The notes under the pieces: generated by a model
The model's database searches: none
What the model was told of the DNA's origin: nothing
Seen by the model: the letters and a program-made list of their open reading frames with translations, nothing else
Shown here: piece after piece, positions 46,786 to 57,200 of the stretch
Layout: every line of letters begins with the position of its first letter
How positions within the stretch are numbered: position 1 is the first letter of the stretch
Program-made: the position numbers and the translations under genes
Origin: a virus
Length of the DNA stretch: 64,000 nt
Virus record (IMG/VR): IMGVR_UViG_3300030107_008258
Span: 32,001 to 96,000 of that record
Strand: one strand, 5' to 3'

Positions 46786-47384
46786 TTAAATTTTTTCTTT
46801 GCGTTTTTAAGAATTTCGTGAATATAAGGAGTCGGACTAAATCTAATAAAATTTATTTGCTGCTTACTTTGTAACGCTACTCCAGACCGACTATTCTCCG
46901 AATCTTTAAACACGGTGTTAGTATAATTAGTTATACCTCTTTCTATTCCTTTTACCCAACTTTTTGTAGACCAAGTTAATGGAGTCTGCGCGTAAACATC
47001 TGTTATAGAAGGAACAAGACCTATATCGTATTCTAGTAAAAATTTATTTTTTGAAACTTTTCTCAAATGGCCCTGATTTCTACTAACTTTAAACATTTTG
47101 TCAAAAATTCCCCTTACTATCTCTATAGGCTGACTCCCTTGATTAAACCCTAAAAAACCAAAAAGACTTCCTCTTCCACCTAATAAAGGACTCCCCATTG
47201 CGTTAGGGCCAGCTTCTATTTCTTTGGTGACGGGATGAGCATTTAGTTCATCAAGGGCTTCTTTTTTAATTTTATCAACTTTTCTTTTTGCCGCATTATA
47301 GGCAATTTTCTGTAATTCTTTCGACCCTTTAAAATTATAATTTTTAAGCAAGTCGTTTATATTAAGTTTTTTTGATCTTGGCAT
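46782..47384 (-). CDS. Putative neck/tail-completion protein
   Basis: Basic protein in the neck cluster. Confidence 0.4.
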   Translation of the reverse strand: MPRSKKLNINDLLKNYNFKGSKELQKIAYNAAKRKVDKIKKEALDELNAHPVTKEIEAGPNAMGSPLLGGRGSLFGFLGFNQGSQPIEIVRGIFDKMFKVSRNQGHLRKVSKNKFLLEYDIGLVPSITDVYAQTPLTWSTKSWVKGIERGITNYTNTVFKDSENSRSGVALQSKQQINFIRFSPTPYIHEILKNAKKKFK

Positions 47385-47821
47385 TAGGTAGTTGCCTCCA
47401 AATAATAAACATAATAAGTTTTTCCTATAAAAAATCTAGCTCCATCAGAGCTAACTACGTTAAATAAACTTCCATTAATTTCAATTGACTCAGTTTTCCC
47501 TTTATCGATATAGTTTTTACAGTCAACTTCTACTTTAATTCTAACGTCCCCTTTTTCTATCATAACTTTCAATTCGTCTTGATATTCTAAAGGTTGGTTT
47601 TCTTTATAGTTAACGATAGCGCTAAAGGATTCGCTTACTGGAGTATAGGTTACTTGAGTCTTAGGCGCGCTATAACCTGCGTAAATATTTTGATCAGCCG
47701 TTAAAGAAACGCTTCTTTGCGGCTCCTTATTAACTGTTATAGTAGCTTTAAAAGTATCAAAGTGATCTCCTAGAGCCGTCTGAAAAGCAGTTTTTGCTGC
47801 TGCTGGTATTAAAGAAGCCAT
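47384..47821 (-). CDS. Putative head closure protein
   Basis: Beta-rich 145-aa protein in the neck cluster. Confidence 0.4.
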   Translation of the reverse strand: MASLIPAAAKTAFQTALGDHFDTFKATITVNKEPQRSVSLTADQNIYAGYSAPKTQVTYTPVSESFSAIVNYKENQPLEYQDELKVMIEKGDVRIKVEVDCKNYIDKGKTESIEINGSLFNVVSSDGARFFIGKTYYVYYLEATT

Positions 47822-48444
47822 TAGAATAATCCATTAGTATTTATCCTATTGTAAGGATAGACTTCATTGTTCATTGCATATTCTCCTCGAACTGTATCAT
47901 CTCCTGCTACTTGAATAGGGGAGGCTTTTCGAGATTTATAGGCGTTAATTAAATCTGCAAGCTCTTGATACTCTTCCTTTTTTAAGGCTAAATAAGTTTT
48001 ACTAAGTTCATTTTTATTAATTTTACGAACTCTTGAGCCATCAGACGCAACCTCTACTATGGGATCTGTAGAGGCAGCACCTACAGTGCTTCTAATTTGT
48101 TGATCGTAGTAATGAACGATATACATCTTTTTCAAAATGGAAGCTTCTTCAGGCTGTATAGAAACTATAGCTGGAGTATTAGCTAATCCATCATTGCCAC
48201 TTACAGATAACCCTAATGCCCCGCTCCCTTCATTAAATGCTTGTGGTTCATACTCTGGCGAAACAAAACTTCCAGAAAATTCATAAGCGTCTTCTCCGTA
48301 TTCGCTGATCTTAAAAGTAGTATTGATCCTATTATTTAATTCGCCTACATTGCTTCTAATCCAAAAAGAAATGGCGGGAATAGAAATACTTGAGGGTTCT
48401 CCGAGTTCCCTATAAAGTTCGTCTGCAATATCGACAATTTTCAT
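47821..48444 (-). CDS. Putative head-tail adaptor
   Basis: Helical N-terminus; first gene of the neck operon. Confidence 0.45.
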   Translation of the reverse strand: MKIVDIADELYRELGEPSSISIPAISFWIRSNVGELNNRINTTFKISEYGEDAYEFSGSFVSPEYEPQAFNEGSGALGLSVSGNDGLANTPAIVSIQPEEASILKKMYIVHYYDQQIRSTVGAASTDPIVEVASDGSRVRKINKNELSKTYLALKKEEYQELADLINAYKSRKASPIQVAGDDTVRGEYAMNNEVYPYNRINTNGLF

Positions 48445-48466
48445 ATAGTATAAATTACACTATATG
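48442..48466 (-). promoter_or_regulatory. GTGTAA promoter inside CATATAGT-N9-ACTATATG inverted repeat covering the start codon
   Basis: Perfect 8-bp inverted repeat; its 3' arm ends in the ATG at 48444. Confidence 0.65.
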
Positions 48467-48482
48467 GAGTTTTTTTGGAAAA

Positions 48483-48755
48483 TTAAGTATGTTCGGCCGG
48501 TCTTTCCCCTAAAACCGAAGTATCCCACACGGCACGAACCTCAACCTCCGAAGTAGCGTCGTTAAGGGCCGTGCTATTTGTCACGTCTCTCAAAGCTTGT
48601 TTTTTGGTGGCAACCTCTGTCTTCTTGGATGCATCTCCTGCTTCATCAGCACGTTGATAATCAATATCTAGAGCCTCTAAAAGAGGTTTACGAACTTGAC
48701 GAAAACGTTCCTTTTGAAGCTCTTTGGCTTTTGGTATATTTACTCCTATTGGCAT
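48483..48755 (-). CDS. Tail fibre assembly chaperone-like protein
   Basis: R.PLL..LD....RA.E......KQALRDVT motif. Confidence 0.65.
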   Translation of the reverse strand: MPIGVNIPKAKELQKERFRQVRKPLLEALDIDYQRADEAGDASKKTEVATKKQALRDVTNSTALNDATSEVEVRAVWDTSVLGERPAEHT

Positions 48756-48758
48756 AAC

Positions 48759-48998
48759 TTATGACTCCGAATACTCCCAAGCGTTTCTGAAATACCTATC
48801 GGCGGGGAGGTCGCCAGTAGAAATAATTTGAAAAGGAACTCCTGCCGGTACGTCTTTAGCGGCGATTCTGGCCATAAACTCTTCATGGGTTTCGCCTTGT
48901 TCAACGGCTTCAGGAGCAGGGACAACTACTGCGACACCGCTGTAACTCTCCCCTTCTGCGGGAGCCGTTGGATAAATAATTCTTCCTGTGATGTCCAT
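48759..48998 (-). CDS. Conserved tail-fibre-associated small protein
   Basis: IAAKDVPAG.PF.II...DLP.DR.FRNAW motif; GTGTAA at 49013-49008. Confidence 0.6.
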   Translation of the reverse strand: MDITGRIIYPTAPAEGESYSGVAVVVPAPEAVEQGETHEEFMARIAAKDVPAGVPFQIISTGDLPADRYFRNAWEYSES

Positions 48999-49047
48999 TT
49001 CTTTTTATTACACTTATTTTAATTATTTTTGGTTAAAAGTCCATTTT

Positions 49048-50169
49048 TTAACTCCCGAAAAATAGTAGATGAACAGGACCGCAGTCTCCATCATTTGTGT
49101 CATTGTAGTTTAACACGTCTATCCTAAAAGCTGAAGCTGTGGGTAAGCTTGATCCTTGGCTATTAGCTCCGTAAACATGCATACCGCTTCCGTTTGAGCT
49201 ATTATACTCTCCCATCGCAACGCAGCAATAATCTGTAGCTCCACTCATAGCTGTAGAAAAATTCACCGTAAAGCTACCGGTTGTATTGTCTGTGATAGAC
49301 GAAACATTATAACTTGAATTTATCGACCCGTTTGTTCCTACAAAATTCACCCACGCTTTTGCAATCCTATTATTTTCCTCCTTTAACTGCCCTTCTTCTG
49401 TTCCGGTTCCATCTGAGTCAACTACGATATGTTTCGTGGAGCTTCCTGCTACAGCAGCGGTATAATGAGATGATGTCGGAGGAGTGAAGTTTGAAGTATA
49501 CCGAGCGACACCCTTCGTAAGTCTAAAATCATCTAAGTATCCCGTCATGTATTCCGTGCTATGAGATTTACCGATATGTATACCTCCATTAGCGTCCAAG
49601 CTTGTAGTATGAGTCCAAGCAGATCCTTTTTCGACACCGTCTCTGTAAACTTTTATATCGCCACTTGACCGGACAACAGCTACGTGATACCAAGTATCAG
49701 CAGAAAGAGTATCACCCCAATTATTTCCTCCCGCAGTATAGCCATAAGACCAATTGCCAGACCCGCCTCCGCCGCCGTCCCATCTAAAAAGAAAAAATCC
49801 TGCACTATCTGCATTAGCCGCAAGAATATAGTACCCACTACTGGTAACAGTGGAAAATCTTACCCAAAATTCCCAAGTGAAGTCGCCTGTGCCAAAAGTC
49901 CAGTCAGCATGATCAGCAAGAGTTAAATGATCGCTTCCATCTAGATATAAACTACTTGACCCATATTTTTTCTGAGCGGTAACAATTTTGGCATCACCGT
50001 TAAAAGTTATGGAATGCTCTGTAGAACTTCCATCTGTAGTGGAGGTGTCGTTATTAGAACCCTCAAAAGGAAGCATGAGAACCGTTTCTGAAGAACCGGG
50101 CGAAGCTATAGACGCTGCTGAAGCGGGTGTTCCATCTACTTTAATTTTATCTAGTTTAAATTCTTTCAT
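49048..50169 (-). CDS. Tail fibre/adhesin with LamG (ConA-like) domain and AKAWVNF C-terminal domain
   Basis: FGTGDFTWEFW, WYHVAVVR, GYLDDFRLTKGVARY, AKAWVNF. Confidence 0.8.
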   Translation of the reverse strand: MKEFKLDKIKVDGTPASAASIASPGSSETVLMLPFEGSNNDTSTTDGSSTEHSITFNGDAKIVTAQKKYGSSSLYLDGSDHLTLADHADWTFGTGDFTWEFWVRFSTVTSSGYYILAANADSAGFFLFRWDGGGGGSGNWSYGYTAGGNNWGDTLSADTWYHVAVVRSSGDIKVYRDGVEKGSAWTHTTSLDANGGIHIGKSHSTEYMTGYLDDFRLTKGVARYTSNFTPPTSSHYTAAVAGSSTKHIVVDSDGTGTEEGQLKEENNRIAKAWVNFVGTNGSINSSYNVSSITDNTTGSFTVNFSTAMSGATDYCCVAMGEYNSSNGSGMHVYGANSQGSSLPTASAFRIDVLNYNDTNDGDCGPVHLLFFGS

Positions 50170-50172
50170 TTT

Positions 50173-51282
50173 TTAATTCCCGAAAACCATCACGCCGATA
50201 TAAGCGTCATCTTGAGTTGAAGAGTCATTATAAGTCACTCTTATTGCTACCCCTGAAGTTGTTCTTGTGCCGTCTAATGATACGTCCCTACCGTTTGTAG
50301 TTACGCCGTTATTTCCTGCACTGCCTGCAAAACAATAATTTGCATCTGTCAAAGCGGTTGAAAAATTAACAGTAAACCTAGCTGTGTCCGTGTCTGTTAT
50401 GCTACTTACGTTATAACTAGCATTGATAGAAGGAGTTCCTGACCCGGTAAAGTTCACCCACGCTTTTGCAAGCCGCACTGGATTTATACCACCTGTTCCA
50501 ACTATGACCCCATCAGCATCTTCGTTAACAATGATTTGCTTGAGAGAATCACCTCCAGTAGTTAGATGCGCAGTAGTCGGTGCAGTAAAGTTAGACGTAT
50601 ACCTAGCTAAACCTTTAGTTATTCTTAAATCGTCCAAATAGTACTTAGCTCGTCCGGACGCGCCCCCACTAAGCTGATCCCCAAAAGCCATACCAGCAGT
50701 CCTTCCGAACTGACCCGTATGACTTTGTGTGTTAGAATCAGCAGTGCCATTTATGTATATTTTTAAAGTACCACTATGCCTAACTAGGGCTATATGTGTC
50801 CACGCCCCAGTAGACACCGCAGGATTAGCTGAATGAAAAACACTAGTGCCAGCGTAATACCAACTAAGCCTCCCTGCAGTTCCAGCGGAAGTTTTACCCA
50901 TCCATATTTGGTGTCTAGTACTACCGCTAGAATCCCATTGGTCAAACAACGCATAACTCTCAGAAAAATCAGTGAAATAGAACCAAGCTTCCATGGTAAA
51001 TTCTCCAGTGCCCATGTTAAATCCGTCACTAGAAGAAAGCTCTATGCCGTCAGCAATATATATACTAGTAGCGCCAAACTTTTTTTGGGTGCTGCTTAAT
51101 TGATCTCCTGTAGCGTAAGAAAGAGTAAGGTTTTTATTGCTTGCATCTAATCCTGTCGTAGTAGTCGCCGTATCACTACCATCAAAATTGAACATCGCAG
51201 TCACTTTTGAAAAATGTGTATCTCCAGCTTCTGCCGTGTCCGCTGGTTTCAATTGTCCTATTCTTAATTTTTGTAAATTCAT
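50173..51282 (-). CDS. Tail fibre/adhesin with LamG domain and AKAWVNF C-terminal domain (paralog)
   Basis: GTGEFTMEAW, WTHIALVR, DDLRITKGLARY, AKAWVNF. Confidence 0.8.
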   Translation of the reverse strand: MNLQKLRIGQLKPADTAEAGDTHFSKVTAMFNFDGSDTATTTTGLDASNKNLTLSYATGDQLSSTQKKFGATSIYIADGIELSSSDGFNMGTGEFTMEAWFYFTDFSESYALFDQWDSSGSTRHQIWMGKTSAGTAGRLSWYYAGTSVFHSANPAVSTGAWTHIALVRHSGTLKIYINGTADSNTQSHTGQFGRTAGMAFGDQLSGGASGRAKYYLDDLRITKGLARYTSNFTAPTTAHLTTGGDSLKQIIVNEDADGVIVGTGGINPVRLAKAWVNFTGSGTPSINASYNVSSITDTDTARFTVNFSTALTDANYCFAGSAGNNGVTTNGRDVSLDGTRTTSGVAIRVTYNDSSTQDDAYIGVMVFGN

Positions 51283-54200
51283 TAGTATATGTGCCTCACC
51301 ATTATTTTATCTCCGCTTGCTATTTCCCCATCTGTAAAGTAAAGGCCTGTTCCAGCGGTAACTGAAAAGTTTGCGCCGCTGTCCTGAACCAAGCCATTAA
51401 CGAAAACAAAAATTTCATCCGCGGTTGAAATTGATCGACTCATTTCAAACCCGCTAACCACACCATTTCCGGTAAATCTTTCGGTTAGATAACTAATATC
51501 CGCCGAAGCTCCCGCCGTTCCCGAAGGCCCTAAAGCTAAATGTCGGAAACTAATTTCATGCCCGCTTACAACTCCTGTCGTAAAAGAAACACCGGTTGCC
51601 CCTGCTAATGTATAATCTATAATTGGGGTTTGAATCAAACCCTCAACTGATACCAGCACATCCCTTGCGTTAGAGACGTTCTCTGAAAGTGCGTAATTAG
51701 TCGTGGTTCCATCCCCAGTATATACTTGATCGAAAGCTATACCGTGCCCTAGTGCGCCTAATTTATTAACATTTACGTAAAGTCTGTCGGGAGTAAAAGT
51801 ATTATCCGACAACTTCTTAATCATTAGTTGGGAGTTAGACAGTTTTTCTATGCCATAATCTACATCACTATCGTCTATGCCGCCAATTTGACCAATATAC
51901 TTATTTTCTGTAATGCCTGCTGATGTCGGGTGAGCGGCGGACGTAGGGGTAAAATTACTAGTATAACGAGCAAGTCCTTTTGTAACCCTGAAATCGTCTA
52001 TATAACCTTGGAATCCGTAACCCCCGTCAAGACTTGCGTTATGAATGTTGCCTATCCTAAATGGTCTGGATCTATCAAAATCAGTAGAGTTAGAGCCGGA
52101 ACCTCGAGCTGTTCCATCTATATAAAGAGTCATCGTAGAACCTTCTCTAACTACAGCAAAATGTTGCCATTGGTCATTAGTTTGATGATCTTGATTTATG
52201 TCAATGACATTAGAACGATTTACAGCGACTCTTAATTCATCGTTCCCGCCGCTCCCCAAGTATAAACCTATTCCATCAGTACTAGTAGTATCCTCTCCTC
52301 CTCTTGTTTCAAATATATATCCATAGGCAGTATGAGTCCTATAAACCCACATCTCTATGGTAAAATCACCTGTGCCAAAATTAAAATCAGAACTTCCAGC
52401 TATAGTAACGTGGTCGTTACTCCCTCCCGGTAAATAAAGACTACTCCCTCCGAACTTACTTTGCGCTGTAGAGATATCGGCGCTACCGTTAAAGCTTACG
52501 GTATGATTACTATCACTTTCGTCCGTGGTTGAAGTGGCGTCATTCGCACCATCAAACGGAAGAAGTAACTCTACTTTATCAAAATTTGAGTCTCCAACAG
52601 CCGAGTCTCTCTCCTCTATGACACTGACATCAAACTTATTATCTGCAAGATCAAGGTTAGAAATTGTACCACTTGCGTTTTGTAATATCCCAGTTCCTGT
52701 CCCTCCTAAAGTTAGACCGGTAAAATATCCTTGTTCAACAGATTGATGACCAGATAAAGTAGAAGTGTCGAAAGTTGTTTCTACTGCATTTCCTGCTGAG
52801 TTAACTGTTAAAACTCTATTCGCAGTAAATGATCCCGGCGTATCGCTTAAGCCAACGAATGTAGACGAGCCTCCTCCTCCGCCGCCGCCGCCCTCAAATA
52901 CAGAACCGCTTTGGTATATAGTGCCCGAGATTTCAATATCACCAACAACGTGGAATTTTTTCGAAGGGGTTATTGTACCTACGCCAACGTTCCCATCACC
53001 ATTTACAATTAAGTTGTTCGCATGAGCCGTGTCGTTCGGTCCAAAAGCTCTCGCGCCACCTTCGGCGACAATATATGCTGTAGTGTCGTTATCTGAAACG
53101 GCAATCTTAGCCCTGTTAGTTCTACTCTTAACTTTTAAACCTATTTCAGTTCCACCTTCAGAATTGAAAGTGACTACCTTTGTTTGTCCGCTAACAGAAT
53201 TACCAACTTGAAAATCTACTGATGGATCAGTAGTTCCTATACCAATTTTCCCTCCCGGTAGAATTGTAAGGCGATCAACTAAAGTATCATCTGACGCTCC
53301 CGGAGTTGCAAAAGCTATTTTGGCAGGAGCAGAAACAGTATTTGCCGCTCCATAGCGAGTAACGACTATCGCCGCAGAATTTCTATAAGTAGAACCACTA
53401 GGAGCGTAAGCCACATAAGAAGTTGTCCCAACAATATCTCCATCACTTGTTCCTGTTGGGCTAGCTTCTGTTCCGGTTGACCTTTGGAAAAATTGCCTTA
53501 CTGCACCCGAACTGTGTCCAGACCCGCTGTAATGCAACATAAGGTGACTCCCGTCTCCGGCCGAAATTTGTAATGATTTAGCCGGTGCATCAGTTCCTAT
53601 GCCGACTTTAGCCCCGTAGGGGTTTATAACTAAATCATCGTTGCTCTTGGTTTGAATCCATGCATAGTTTCCTCCGTCATGCGCCCCAATATTTAACCCA
53701 TTAGTAGCTGTTCCAAAATGTACGCCATGTGTGCTGGCCGATCCATCTGAAGAGTCAACTACCACTTGGAGCTTTGTGCTTGGGCTATCTGTTCCTATAC
53801 CAATTTTGCCGTCAGCAGTTATACGCATCGCCTCACTAACAGAAGTTCCGTTATTAGTTGTTAAAAACGACAGGTACCCATTAACCGCACTATCGGTATT
53901 GGACTGAACTCCTCCTCGAACTTCAGAATGGACTATATTAGCCGTACCATCATTATCTTTCCCTAGGAACTGAATGTATCCCAATGCTGCATCATCAGCA
54001 GGAGATGCGGCGTTATTGTATAATTGTAAGGTTACTGCGTTATCAGTTCTTTCGAATTTGATAGCGTCTCCAAGGACATGAAGCTTTTGGGCCGGTGCAT
54101 TAGTCCCTATGCCAACTAAGCCATCCGCTTGAACGCGCATTCTTTCTGCTGTGGAATAATAAATAAAATCATTAGAAGCAGAATAAAACATCAAATCGTT

Positions 54201-57200
54201 AGAAGTACCGCCTACAAGAGAGGCTTTAGTTCCAAAAGATCCCACATCAGTAGCACCCCTTAAGAAATTTATATGAGCACCTTTAGCCGAATCGCTTCCT
54301 CCTTGTAATTTTACTATAACATTAGCGTCGGTAGCGGAATATAAATGAAGCTTCGACGCTGGGGCGTTTGTCCCTATACCGACGCTACCACTTGAATCTA
54401 TCTTAACTGCTTCAGTAATCCCGCTGGTAGTCCCAACAAAAAGTGCTAAATCAGTAGCGGCAGATGCCCCTCCATCCAACGCGTACATTCCAGCGAATTC
54501 CTCTCCAGAATTACCTAAAGAAATACCACCAATTATATTATTGTTCGAGTTAGCTCCCCCACTAAATCCTAATTTAAGCCCGAGGTTTAAGGCGGTTGTG
54601 GTGGTTAAGGCAGTAACAGCTGAACCGTCTTGTCCTACTGCTGGGTAAGAAATATGAAGCTTGGTAGTGGGAGCTGCTATTCCTATACCAACATTACCTC
54701 CGGTCATGAAAGAAGCATTGTCTGAATCTAAACGAACAGTCTCAGTCCCTCCATCTTTCTTTATAGACAATCTTCCATCGCCCGCCGATTGACGGAACAC
54801 GAATAAACTATCTCCATCATGCGCAGCTATTTGTAAAGGGTTGGTATTATTATCTATACTTTTTATAGAAAAAGCATTGTCAGGATCTGCAGCTTGATTA
54901 ACTCCAACTACTGCACCATTATCTTGCATGGCCCCGGAAGTTAAAGTATTGCTATCAGACCATCTTGCCACGTAGCCTGCGACTCCCGCACCGTCCGTAA
55001 AGTTACCAGTCATCGAGGTATCAATTAAACTACCAGTTTCACTATCTAAAGTAGCAAGACCGCTGAGAGTTGATATCTCCGAAGTAAGAGTTTGACCCGT
55101 GGTTATCAAGTTACTGGTCAGCGTAGTAATATCACTATCATTACTTGTGATCTGCGTTTGCAAAGTTTGACCAGTAGTAATCAGATTCCCGCTAACGTCA
55201 TCTACAAAACTTCCAGTAGAGACTAAGTTACTAGTTAACGTAGATATGTCAGAATCGTTACTCGTGATTTGAGTCTGGAGTGTCTGGCCAGTGGTAACTA
55301 AGTTTGGAGCAGTCGCTACAAGACTTCCATCCGCAGCTAGGGGAAAATTCAGCTCGAATCTATCTGTAGAATCGTTAAATAAAATATTTGCATTTGCCGC
55401 GCTTCCCCGATTTATCGTAATACCCCCAGAAACCAAGGTAATCCCAGCGCCAGATTCACCACTGTTAATTTCAATTAAGTTATCCTTAATAGCAAGATTT
55501 GTAGCGGTGATAGTTGTTTGAGTACCTGTTACATTTAAGTCTCCTATAGTTACTGTATCGCTAAAAGTTTTATTGCCCGCAATAGTCTGGTTAGATGTAA
55601 GCTTAACAGTTGTGGTATCTAGAGTATTACCTGTTGAAGCCAAATTTGAAGTTAAAGTAGTTATATCACTATCATTTGAAGTGATTTGAGTTTGTAAGGT
55701 TTGCCCCGTGGTTATTAGGTTCCCGCTAATATCATCAACAACTGCCCCGGTTGAAACTAGGTTAGAGGAAACCGTATTAATATTAGTTGTTAAAGTTTGC
55801 CCAGTAGTAACCAAGTTACTAGTCAAAGTAGAAATATCAGAGTCGTTACTAGTTATCTGCGTCTGTAACGTTTGACCAGTGGTAATCAGATTACCACTAA
55901 TATCGTCAACAACTGCTCCGGTTGAAACTAGGTTGCTAGTTAAGGTCGTTATGTCAGAATCATTGCTAGTTATTTGCGTTTGCAGAGTCTGACCACTAGT
56001 AATAAGGTTTCCACTAACATCGTCGACTACTGAACCCGTTGAAACCAAATTAGTTGAGACTGTGTTTATATTAGTGGTCAATGTTTGACCAGTCGTGACT
56101 AAATTACTTGTTAGCGTCGATATGTCTGAATCATTACTAGTTATCTGAGTCTGTAATGTCTGCCCTGTTGTTATAAGATTTCCGCTAACATCATCAACCA
56201 CACTACCTGTTGAAACCAAATTACTCGATACAGTGTTTGTGTTTGTTGTTAAAGTCTGCCCGGTAGTAACCAAATTAGCGGATGTAGCAAAAACTCCTGT
56301 TTCAGCATCTGTGACCAAAGTTCCCGACTCTAAAAATTCGACAGAATCCCCTGCTGAATTAACAGCGAGCAACCTGCTAGCGGTCAAAGCGCCGGGAGTA
56401 TCACTCAATCCAACAAATGTCGAGCTTCCCCCTCCTCCTCCAGCACTTACTCCTGAAAATATCAATCCATCTCTATCGGCATTTACCACGACAGATTGGC
56501 CTACTGCACCCAAACTACCCGGAGTATCATCCAAATCTAGGAAGTTTACTGCAAAATCCCCCGTCATGGACGTATCAACTAAATTACCAGTTTCAGAATC
56601 GAGCGTTGCGACTCCACTTAATGTATCAATTTTGGAGTCTAACGTACTTCCAGTTGAAGAGAGATTAGATGTTAATGTTGATATATCTGAATCATTGCTG
56701 GTAATTTGTGTTTGCAGCGTTTGGCCGGTGGTAACCAAATTAGAAGTTAGAGTAGTTATATCACTATCGTTAGAAGTTATTTGGGTCTGCAGAGTTTGGC
56801 CCGTTGTTACTAAATTGCTTGTAATTGTAGATATATCGGAATCGTTAGAAGTAATTTGTGACTGAAGTGTTTGTCCAGTTGTAATTAAATTACTTGTTAT
56901 AGTTGATATATCTGAATCATTGCTTGTTGTTAAACCTGACACTATAGCTATTTCGTCAGTTAATGTTTGTCCGGTAGTTATTAAATTAGAAGTAACGGTA
57001 GCTAAATCGGTATCGTTCCCCTGAGTGAGTCCTGAAACTGTTACTATATCAGCGGCTAAAGTTGAACCTGTAGAAGCTAAATTAGTAGTTAAAGTAGTTA
57101 CTTCAGAATCCAAGGTTGAACCTGTAGAAGCGAGGTTGCTAGTTAGGCTTGAAATGTCTGTATCGTTAGAAGTTATTTGTGTTTGTAAAGTCTGCCCTGT

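Noticed and set aside
49048-51282. Diversity-generating retroelement TR/VR pair
   Set aside because: The paralog differences include indels and are not adenine-specific; no reverse transcriptase in the window.
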